Source: Antedon mediterranea
Lineage: Eukaryota; Animalia; Echinodermata
DNA length: 64,000 nucleotides
Direction of reading: 5' to 3'
Assembly: GCF_964355755.1 (NCBI RefSeq)
Contig: NC_092680.1
Span: 18,981,045 to 19,045,044 of the forward strand
Numbering within the stretch: position 1 is the stretch's first letter; every line of letters starts with the position of its first letter. The position numbers and the translations under genes were made by a program. The notes beneath the pieces were generated by a model. That model was not told the DNA's origin, searched no databases, and saw nothing but the letters and a program-made list of their open reading frames with translations. Shown here one piece after another: positions 11,758 through 23,100 of this stretch.

Positions 11758-14700
11758 ATGTCTGACGAAAGGTGAGTAATTTGTTTTTATTGTCATTTTT
11801 TTAACAAAATCGTACTTTTAAAAATATTTATTGGAATATTCTGGGTAACAATGTGTGTTTATTTTTCAGTGAAGGTAAAGATGGTGGTAGCTGGTGGGGT
11901 GGTTGGCTACAAACTGCTAAAGAACAGGTACGTATTTTGTTGATCCTTTTCTAGGCCTAGGCTAGGCTAGGCCTATATTTTTATAGGCTAGCCTATACTT
12001 GGCTAATTAATAGCCTGCTGGCAGGATCTAGGCTAGGCCTAACTAGAAGACCTCTAGGCTAGTAGGGCTAGGCTAGTAGGGCTAGCCTAGTACTTGGCTA
12101 GGCCTAGGCCCATACACACACGATGAAAGTAGAGTCAGTTAGGACAATTGACTACATTATTATGCAGTTGTCAATTGTATGGAGAGGAAGTCATTTACAA
12201 ATAATTACGGTCTGATGCAGGGGTGCGTAAAAAAACCTAGATGGTACATCACATCAATAAACAATGGTGTGTCAATGTCCATCAATTTACCACCCACCAT
12301 AAACAACATAGTCATAATGCGTCAAAATGGGTGCATCATTGTCACCTATTTAAGGCAAGTCACATTTATAATGTGTGATGCACATCAGACAAATGACGCA
12401 CCTCTCCCGGGGGTCATGTAGTGTGTCATACAATTGACAAGTGCATTATTAAATAAATTGAATTTAATATATTTTTTTAAAAGGCAATTAAGCTAGGTCT
12501 ATATAATGTAAAATAAAATAATCCAATAATATTATACAATAAATAATTTATATATATAAATTATAATAGAGACCTAAACTGTTTTTTTTTCTTTATATAT
12601 TAATTTAGTCATCATCAGCATGGGACATGATGAAAAAAGATCTTGTTGAATTTGGCGTAACTGTTAAACGAGATACTCAAGCAACCGTAGCTAGCGGAGC
12701 TGCTAACATCAAAGACCAGATTAAGGTAAAACAATACATGTTTCTTGTTTAAGCGGTTAAGACAGTGGAACCGTAATTACGTAGCCATAACATCGGCAAG
12801 GGTTCGAGGCTCACTCGCTCCATGGTTCTGGTGGTAGAACGAGTCTTCTCGGATAAGGACTATAAACCGTAGGTCCAGTGTACACATAGCTCATGCGCAC
12901 TTTAAAGAACCTAGTACATCTTTCGAGACGAGTAGGGGGTTACCCCGGTGTACTAATCCACACAGACACTGTCACACACAGCCACTGTGCAAATTACTCA
13001 CTCGCACCATATCCCACCAAAAGTGCTATAGTCTTCAAGTCTGAAGTTTGCACTAAATTGGAAGAAGAAGTTAATAATATGTTTTACCATCCAAGTCATT
13101 TGATGATAATCTTAATAATCTCATCTATTTTTCTAAAATTAGACGGATGACGCATCTTCAAGCGGAAGTAGAGTGACAGAGGGATTTTCCCGGTTGTTAT
13201 CAGGAATATCAGAAACTCTATCCCCAAGGGATTATGGGCTTGAAGAGGATGACAAACAAAGTGTTCTAATAACAAAAGATGGCGCTCACATATTTGATAG
13301 AAAAAAGGTAAATTTGATAGGGCAAGTGTTGGTAGGGCACATGTTTATACACCACATTATTATTCTTTTTAGACACATTGCCAAGGACTGTTAATTTGGT
13401 TTCACTGTCCTGATATTAGTGACAATCCAATAATACACACAAGATGCTCTACATAAACAAAGTTGGAATGGAGTTGTGTTGTCATGAGAAAAACAACTGG
13501 GAGGAGTTGAACGCAGGGTCGCCTAGCATCCTAACCAACAAACTACAGCTCACATCATGGCGAATGTGTGGAAAACATTACCCAGTTATATTTCATTGTA
13601 AAATATTTGTTTTGCTTTTCAGGCTAAGTTACATGCAATTCAGACAGAGCCTGGAACTTACTGCAATGAGCCTGATGGTCCACTGGATCATTATGAGAAG
13701 TGGTGCCAAGCCTTTAGCCTAGAAGATAACAAAGGAGAAATATCAGAATTACTTGTAGTCAACACCAACGTACGATCCTTATACACCAAAATGGTAAGTT
13801 TTAATATGAGCCTATTTTTCAAATTTACAAACATTACTAATTAACTTAGTTTTTGTAAGGTATTACTGTTTCTGGTTTATTATTCTTGTATTATTTGTCT
13901 TATTATTGAAACATAATTTAAGATAAATTTAAAATGTGAAAATAGAATTTAATCTTTCACCTCATAAAATTATGTGTACCATCGCACTTATAATAAACAT
14001 TCATAATTTGTATAATATATTTCATTTCTTCCATAGAAATTTTAGTAAATTTATGAAATATAATATTTTTAAGGTACCTGCAGTTGTGTCTCATGATGAT
14101 TTCTGGAACCGTTACTTCTATAAAATTTATCAACTCGACCAAGATGAGGCAAGGAAGGCGGCGCTAATGGAAAGGGCTGACATGACATCATCAACGAAAG
14201 AAGATGATGATCTTGGATGGGGTGACGAAGAAGGCGAGTTTTGTTGCAAAATTCAGTGGCGTAACGGTTATGAATGCTCACTGTCTAAACCCAGGGACCC
14301 TGGAGCTTATGAGGCCCCTGAGCAGTGCCTAAAGGGAAAAAGAGGACTTAAAATATGCCAGAGGCATCCAGCGTTGGAGAGCCACTTAGGGTTCCTAAAC
14401 CAGAGGCCTGATATCTCTACATTACGCCATTGGGTAAATTTTGGCAATAAAAAATACATAATTCCTTTTTAATTCATTGTGTTTCATATGATTTTTAGAT
14501 GATTCATGGGATACAGTGCCCGATGCAAAAACTTGCAAGGAACAAACGGACAAACAGAGAGATGATGATAATGCTGAAACATCGGTAACATCTTCAGGAG
14601 CAACAAAACCTGAAGAACCAGTTGTGATCGCATTTATGGAAAGATTAACAGTTGAAGATGATGAACAAAAGGGAGATGAAAATGAGCCAGAACAGCCATC

Positions 14701-15435
14701 TGGACGATTGACACCAGAGGAATATATATTAAGTACTGAATGCGATGGTAAATTGTGTATATCAAATGAAGAGAGTATTGTAGGCAATGAAAAAACATTG
14801 GATTGTACCGCAAACAATGAACCACATAGAGAAATAAAACAAACAATAGACAATAAACTGGACAATGAACTGGAAAGTAACGATGTAGAAATTGACAATG
14901 GAAAAACCTCACCTGTATCTTCAGATCCAAAAGGTTTGTAATATGGCATTATGGTTATTAAATATTCACGTTATTAAATCTGAAGGCTCCGTGCAAATAA
15001 TTCAACAATCATGAATCGCCACTCAACTATACAGATATCGAGTACTTTTTTACACAGGCAAACAAAATTAACCAAGGTTTTAAGGCGTTAAAACTAAACC
15101 ACGTTTAATGAACTGTTGGATGTATCTATACTGTATATCCTTTACACATAGAAACACCTGTTTAAAGGGACAACACTTTATTGGCCCTTAATAGGTGTAT
15201 CCATGTACTAACATATAATATATCCGTTTTTAAAACATGTACGCTAGAAAGTTTAGAACTATTAAAGTGGAAAGTCATTTTATTTAAAGTCTAATGATCT
15301 CTTTCCTCAGATTCAAGTAGCCTGGGTGACGATTGGGATGATTTTGATGACATAGAAGTTACGGAGGAGGATGTAAAAGCTGCCGCAAGCATGACAGCAG
15401 ATGATGATTTAGATGACTGGGAAAACTGGGAATAA
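11758..15435 (+). CDS. BSDC1: BSD domain-containing protein 1 (8 coding exons, 414 aa)
   Basis: Exons 11758-11771, 11870-11927, 12609-12725, 13143-13307, 13623-13793, 14074-14233, 14499-14933, 15311-15435 join in frame (1245 nt). The translation has the BSDC1 hallmarks SWWGGWLQTAKEQ..MMKKDLVEF, the BSD domain TYCNEPDG...KGEISELLV...LYTKMVPAVVSHDDFWNRYFYK, and the C-terminal DDWENWE*. Confidence 0.95.
12163..12445. mobile_element. MITE, PIF/Harbinger (Tourist)-like, family A copy 1
   Basis: TIRs TGCAGTTGTCAATTGTAT / ATACAATTGACAAGTGCA flanked by TTA on both sides. The internal sequence is the reverse complement of 25769-26085. Confidence 0.85.
12748..13078 (+). mobile_element. tRNA-derived SINE with Deu/Nin conserved central domain
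   Basis: Partial A-box (AGCGGTTAAG) and B-box GGTTCGAGGC at 12801, then GGATAAGGACTATAAACCGTAGGTCC...TAAAGAACC...GAGTAGGGGGTTACCCCGGTG, which resembles the Deu/Nin domain of DeuSINE/AmnSINE1/Nin-SINEs. It ends in a GAA-repeat tail. Confidence 0.8.
14254..14432. mobile_element. hAT-like MITE remnant in BSDC1 intron 6
   Basis: TIR CAGTGGCGTAA...TTACGCCATTG. Flanks GCAAAATT / GGTAAATT match at 6 of 8 positions, consistent with a decayed 8-bp TSD. Confidence 0.65.
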
Positions 15436-17164
15436 AACTTTAAAAAACATTTCTTATTCATTGTTAAAGCATGTATCTACCCACCTTTTCTTAGACCTCA
15501 AATATTCTAGTTCTAGCTAAACTACTGGATTAATAATATACTAATATCAGAGGTTTAATATATAGCGGAAGTAAAGCATTATTTATTATTTTCAATTGTA
15601 AAAAGTTAAAAGAATATTTTAGTTGTATCTTTGATGATATATACATAAAAGACTTGTCATTGGTAGTTTTCTTGACCAAGGTTTTGAACCCTATGATGTC
15701 CACTTCGAGTTGCTATTTCCCAAAAAAAAAAAAAATCTCTCTTAAATATTTCTTTAAAAATCGGGTCTGTGTACGGAGATTACTTATTACATGTATAATT
15801 AAATTAATACATTTTGGATATATTGATTGAGCACTTTAATTATGGCACTAACAATTTCATATTGCATTCAAATAAAGTTTATTTGCTTCTTTTCTCAAAG
15901 TTGCATTAAGTCACCAACTGCCACGGCGGTAGTCTGTCTCATCTGTCCATGTTATGGCTGAGCTACCTTACATAGGATACTCCTATTAAGGGGACACTTT
16001 ACGAATAACAATATATTGTGTAACACTACGGGCAACTTTTATTCAGAGGATACTACTACTTTGTTGAGTCCTAAAGGATCCTGCTGTAATCCTTGTAATG
16101 TAAATGGCTTAAAACCAGCAAAAGAGCAAACAAATTTGATTGTGTTGTCATTACTACTTGAATCAATGCACAGTATTATAGGTTTATAGGTAATGGCCAC
16201 ACTACTAGTAAATTATTATACTTATTTATAAATAAAACAAAATATCAACATTATTTTAGTATTATAAAAGCCATAGTATTTTTACAGTTCCAAAAAGTAA
16301 CAATTTTGTTATATTATAATATTATATACATTTTTATGAGGTTTTTAATGAAAATTCTTCATTGCATGAACCAATTATGTTAATGTGATATTTTTTGTAA
16401 TGAAAACATTTATATTTCACTATAACATTAGTTTGTCTTGTTTGTATGGGCCATTACACAATTAAAACGTTGCAAAATAGATTATTTAACTCCACAATAT
16501 TTTTCAATTGTTCTTCCTATGTTTACTTTGATGCATGTATGGTTAAATGTTAAAAATAAATGCATTGTAAATAGTATATCAAATTACAATATAATACAAA
16601 TATCATTAATAAAGATTGCAAACTGTTTATTTCTTTTTCATTTTACCAACATATCACCACTGTGATATGTTATTTCAGTAAGTATGTCGACTCCAATGAC
16701 AATTGAGAGCTTTTGATTTGCAACAACCCGACTACTTTGTAATGTAAATGGATTAAAACCAGCAAAAGAGCAAACAAATTTGATTGTGTAGTCATTATGT
16801 AATAATGATTGCGTACGTATTTGAGTCATGTTATTAGACATGTGTATTGTGTCCTCAATCAAACAAAGATTTCATGGTCCAGACAACGTCGCAAATCGAA
16901 AGCTCCCTCATAACTTATCCTACAGTATTTTTCATCTTTATTTGTCTATTTGTAAACAATTTCAACCTACATTACTGCCAAATAATAATAATCTGAGAGG
17001 AAATGACCTACATTGTTTGTTGTTTTTTCCTTTATGAGCGCCACCAATAGGCGTATGGCACTCCAAATTGTATTGCCATGTATTCATAGGCAGTGAAGGG
17101 GTGTGCAGAACTATTTTTTTTCTCTTAAATTTTAGTGGAAAAATATATGAATACTGTAGTTTAA

Positions 17165-20100
17165 TTACACAGCTCCTGCTTCCATCTTATCTAAATCGTC
17201 CATTGAGATACCAGTCTCATCATTAAAGTCATCACCATCTCCGATAGGCTGGTTGTCTTTTGAGGCTTGAACTGGATTACTGATCTGTGACGATGGTGAA
17301 CGATATGCTAAAGAAAATAGAATAAATTATGTGTAAATAATGAAGGAACATGGGTTAAAATTAGCAAGCACTAGGATTCATTTCATGAATGGTTAGGTGT
17401 GGCAGGTTCAAGATCACACCTTACCACACAATGATTTCTGAGGTCTGAAGATTTTTAATTGTTCAGAAATTAAGAATGGGGAGAAGCCACATTAATTCAT
17501 CATTAATATTCTTAAGTCTACATTTTGAGTTATTAACTGTATTTCATCAACACTTTTTGTTTGTGTACCATTTTTTTTCTTATAATGTAGTGATGCATAT
17601 TTTATGTTTTTGTATTCATAAGCCAAGTTCTATGATAAAACAAATAAAAATCCTTAATACGAATTATTGATAAGGATGAATGTCATGGGCCAACTGAAGG
17701 ACTCTTGACACAAATACAGTACACTCAATAATTTACAAATTAACTAAATAAAATAAATTAATTGAAATCATAATTAAACAAATAATAGTAATAATAAATA
17801 AAATAAATAAATATAACACCATAAATGAGTAGTGTAGCTACAATGAAAAGAAACATAATAATGAATATTCATTCATGGCCTCCAAAAACAATTTCAATCT
17901 ATTCAAAATCACTGAAGCATGGAATGTTCAAAAAGCATACAGATTATATTGTGTTATGAATCACCACCAACCGTTAAATACCAAGTGGCTAGTAAGTGGG
18001 CCTACGCACTGTACCAGGCTAAACAACTTGAACTGAAAAGAGCATGTACACAAGGATCTAACACAATATTTGGATTTATAGGTTTTTAGGTAAGTTAAAG
18101 TATTAATATTAGGCAGTAACAAAGTACTATGAAATCTAATCATGAGAATTTTACAGTTATTATTATGTCATTCTGAGTGACATGTATGTAGGAAGGGAGT
18201 ACAGTAACTGAGTAAGTACCACATTTGTTAGCCTGACCAGACCCATACTAAGTATTCTATATGCTGTCAGTCTACGAATGATCTGCAGTATTGGCATAAT
18301 TTAAGGTAAAATTAAGCACATTATGTATCAACATGTTAAAGTAAAGGACTGTCATGTCATAAATAAAGGAAATCAATTCAACATATTTGTCCATTGTAAA
18401 GGAAGTATTTATACAAAACAAGTAACAATATAACTGATGACCAACCGAGTGGGTTCCCCTCCATTTCCATACAAAATATGGCAGAAAGTATAGGGTGGGA
18501 TAACACCATAGAGTACTACTGTATACTTAAGTCATATAGTATATACAGTGCACATAAAATGATAAGCTTTACTAATGTACAAACAGACCTTGTTGTAGTA
18601 TGATAAAGAAATGCAGTGGGACACCCCTAATCAGGGGACAACACCCCTATTAAGGGAGTTTCCCATGAAATGAACAAGGGGAAATATAATATGTTTGAAC
18701 ACTACACATTCAACAACCCCTATTTAAATAGATCATCCTTATTAAGGTACACCCCCCGGGTCCTGAAGGTGTTCCCTTAATAGGGGTGGTTCTACTATTA
18801 GTATTAGGTAAATAAAAAACTAATTTTTTTATGGTAAACACATCAAAGTACCAGTATGTATTTGAGAACAACAATAGACCCTTTAAGAAAGATGCTTGCT
18901 GATTACACCCAACTCTTAAAGCCTAAATTATGGTGATTATTATTCAATCAGTTATTGTATTAATCAATAAATGATTTTGAGTTTAGGAAAGTTTGTAGAA
19001 AATAATAATAATAATATTAATGGTTTCCTTATAATACATAATTAATAAGGAAAAATAAATTTTTCATAATAAATTAATTTAAGAAATATCATTCTTGATG
19101 TGGTATTGGCAGGTAAAATAAAAATGTCGGTTAATTTTACAATGGTATTTATACCAAATACAGTAATTTAGTAGTTAGTAGAATTAAGAACCTATAGATC
19201 ATAGGAAATCGAAAGACAATTTATGATGAAATAAAGTCACTGTTCCCCTTGGTTACCTTATCATTGACCTAGGTCACAGAAGGAAGTGCATGACTTCCTG
19301 TTTCCTTGAGAGGGGAAAATCTAAAAATCAGTTGTGAATGTGATTTATAAATCAATAACATGATTGTTAGATATTATTTCACAAGACAGTTGTAGAATAT
19401 AAGAACTATAATGTCACATTCTCAACCTTACTGATTTCCTTCTTAGAAACACATGGTGTATCGCTAACCTTACTACCGGTAATTATTTTAGCCTACTACT
19501 TACTTTGTCAGTAGAAACTACAGTAGCAGCCTACCTGTATGAAGTAAATGTCAGAGTTTACAGTATTCATCTGTTTCACTTTCAGCTCTCTATAATTAGC
19601 ATAAATATAAAGTACATCCTACATACTAATAACATGAAGGCATTACTTTAATAAATTATTTTTAAACATCTTACTGTATTTCCTTTGACAAGACACAATG
19701 AAGAATTACATTAAAAAACAAAAATAAAGACTTGGTTTTTACGAAATAAGCTTGTAGAGAGGTATCAACCGTTTGAAAACTCCATGCCTTTTTAAAGCGT
19801 TTATGCTTTTTATCGTATTTTAACTTTTTACTTCCAAAAATCTACTGTACTTATTAAATTTAAGTTTTTGTGTAATATTGTGTGTGTATTCTATTTTGTT
19901 ATGTTTGTTTATATTTTATATACGTATATATCTGTTTTTAATTGTACTAATACTTGCCAATCTTTAAAAAGAATTTCTATTATTATTTAATATGATAATG
20001 AACAAATAAAGCTATTCGGTATTCAGGCCGGCTATAGATAAAAGTAAATAAAATAAATTCAAAAACAATATTATTTGGATAATGAATTACCAAGTGTACA

Positions 20101-23100
20101 ATCACTAAACTCATCAACTGCACATGGGAGTCATCCACATACAGTATTATGTGAATTTTACAGTAGATTATAATTTACTTTTTTATATTTTTAGATATCT
20201 GGAAAGATGGCAGATGACATACTTCATATCCTGGAATGTCCGATGTGTCTTGAAATATTTGACTCAACCCGACATCGACCAAAACTTCTACCATGCCAAC
20301 ACACATTCTGTGTGCCATGCTTGGACATGATAATGAAGAACAACGCCATTGAATGTCCAAACTGTCGTGTACAGGTCCCTCTTCCTGTAGCTGGAAAAGG
20401 TGTTGAGGGGTTTCCTAACAACTTGACTATGTTTGCTCTGATTGATTTGCAAGGAAAGAGTGAACAGAGCAGTAATGTGCAACAAGTGCCCGAATCACCA
20501 TTAACGGCACAACAGTCTGTGAATCTTCAGACAAGACAGACTATTTCTGCGTTGATCAGTCAGTTGAAAGGAAAAGTAAACACATTAAGCCAAACAAATG
20601 TTCAAGAGAACAAACTAGAACAAAGTTATCAGTACGCAAAAGGGCAGATTGATTCTTCACTTGAAAAAGTTGTAAATGAGGTACGAGCGCGGAAGAACAT
20701 TCTTGTATCACAGTTAGAAGCGCAAAGACAGGATGGTAAGCGCCACCTTCAGGTACAAAGACAACAAGCACAGGAATTACTGAAGAGTTTCCAGAATGAG
20801 ATTCAAGCGGTCATGTCTGCCAATCAGCAGCCTTCAAAGGAAGACTTGGACAATATTGTTGCAAAATGCAAGAATTATCTACAGCAGTTACACAATCTGG
20901 AGATGAGGGGTCAAGGGTCATGGTCATGGAGTTACATCGAGGATTCAAAAGAGCAACTTGATCAGGAAATTGCAAACTTTGGACAAATTTACAGCAACAG
21001 GAGTGCAACAGTAACATCAAATCAGTCACAGACTAACACAGATGGCAGATTGTCTGGTCAAACAATGCACATACAAACAGAACAGTTGGCTAATCACCTT
21101 CAGACTAGTTTAAACACTGAGCAATCAATATCACCTCTGTCTGCAGGAAATCCTTTTAACAGCCCTACAATTGTTGGAATACCTCGCAGGGATTCTGGCA
21201 ATTCTTTAAGCAGTATTGGTGCTAGTCAATCCTTTGACTCTGGTATTGATTCTAGAAGGCGATCGGAATCTTTCTCAAGTGAACACTTGCAGAGTTCTCC
21301 ATCATTTAATCAAAGTAATCTTCAGGTTTCAAGACAGATGCCACAGATAAAACCTAATCCTCAAACACAAGCAACTAATCCATTTTCACGACGCACATCA
21401 GCTGGTCCAGTTTTGAATCCACCACCTCCAGTTACAAACAGAAGAAGTTCTAGTCCATTACAAAGGCATCAGTCAACTGGAGCAGTTAGTGTTGTTGCAA
21501 AAAGTTTGCCAGCTCAGCAAACTTTTGTCAGAAACAATCCTCAAAATGTACAACTTTCACAGGTTAGCTCTACAACAAATGCATCTGCAATTTCGCCATC
21601 AGCTGCTCCTAATTACCGACTGAGAGGCAATCCTTGCAAAGTGTTAGGTGAGGGTCCTTCAAGAGGTATCAAATTTTCAAAACCGGTTGCTTTACTTTCC
21701 CTTCCAAACACAAATCTTGCTGTTCTTGACGAGAATTATAATTCCATTGCCATTTTGACTGCAGAAGGACAAATATTAAAATCTTATGGCACAATGGGAA
21801 ATAAACCTGGCCAGTTTTCGGCACCAAAGTCATTCTTCTTAAATAAACGGAATCAATTTGTAGTTTCAGACTCTGGGAATAATCGGGTGCAAATATGGGA
21901 TACAGGACGTGATTTTGTTAATGAATTTGGTTGTGCTGGACATCCATCAATACAACTTAGCAGCCCCATTGGTATTGTAAGTGACCGTCTTGAGAATATT
22001 TACATTTGCGATGCTAATAATCAATGTGTAAAGGTATATAAATCAGATGGAACTTTCTTACGCCAGATTGGTCAAGGTGGAGACAGTGATGGTCAGTTTA
22101 AAAAACCATCTCACATTGCATTCACTCCTGGTAACCAGTTAATGGTAACAGACTCTCTCAAACATTTAGTGCAGGTATTTACGCCGGATGGTAAATTTCT
22201 CTATAAATTTGGCGGTTGGGGTACTGAACCTGGAAAGTTGAACAGTCCTACAGGCATTGCGGTGGATCCGCAAGGATATGTGATTGTTGCAGACACCGGT
22301 AACCATCGTATACAAATATTCTATGCATCAGGAACAATGGAGACTTGCTTTGGTACTCATGGTAGCGAGGAGGGTCAATTTGATGAACCCACTGGTATCG
22401 GGTTTGTACACAATGGAAGATTTGCAGTATGTGATACAGGAAATAAAAGAATTCAGATTATTTAGAATTATATGCATAAAAATCAGAAATAAGTCAACAC
22501 TTAAAATATTGAAAGTGACTGCTACTGTACAAAAACTGATAACCATTATGCACCAAAAACCCTGAAGGCATTTTATGAACCAACAACTGGTATCGGTAAC
22601 GGGTCCCAATATTTCCGCATGTACAATGAACTGACAGTTTAAAATCGAGAGGTCCCCATTTACCAACCTTGGCCACTAAATATATCTTTCCCATTGAATG
22701 GAATGACAATACCATGTGTTACAAAATCGACCAATGGAATTGCAAAGATATACTTTTAAGTATGTATTTAAAGTGTGTTATAATATTATTTTATGACAAA
22801 TGTGTTTATAATTTGTTTTGACACATGAGGAGAATATCAATTTCTTGCCATGTTTACTTTCATTTTCTTTGAATTTCATGTTAATGTGTTTATATCAGTT
22901 CAGGATGGTTTTAGCAACTAGATGTACCAAAGTCATAATAGTTTAAAAAAAACACTACTATTGAATATACAGTAAACTGTTATTATTATAATATAAAATG
23001 TTTGGTATGTCAAACAATTTATTTTTGTTGTAAATGAGTGCTTATTTTTTTAGAAATAAAAAACATCAGTTAATAGCAACTATATAATACAGTAATAAGC

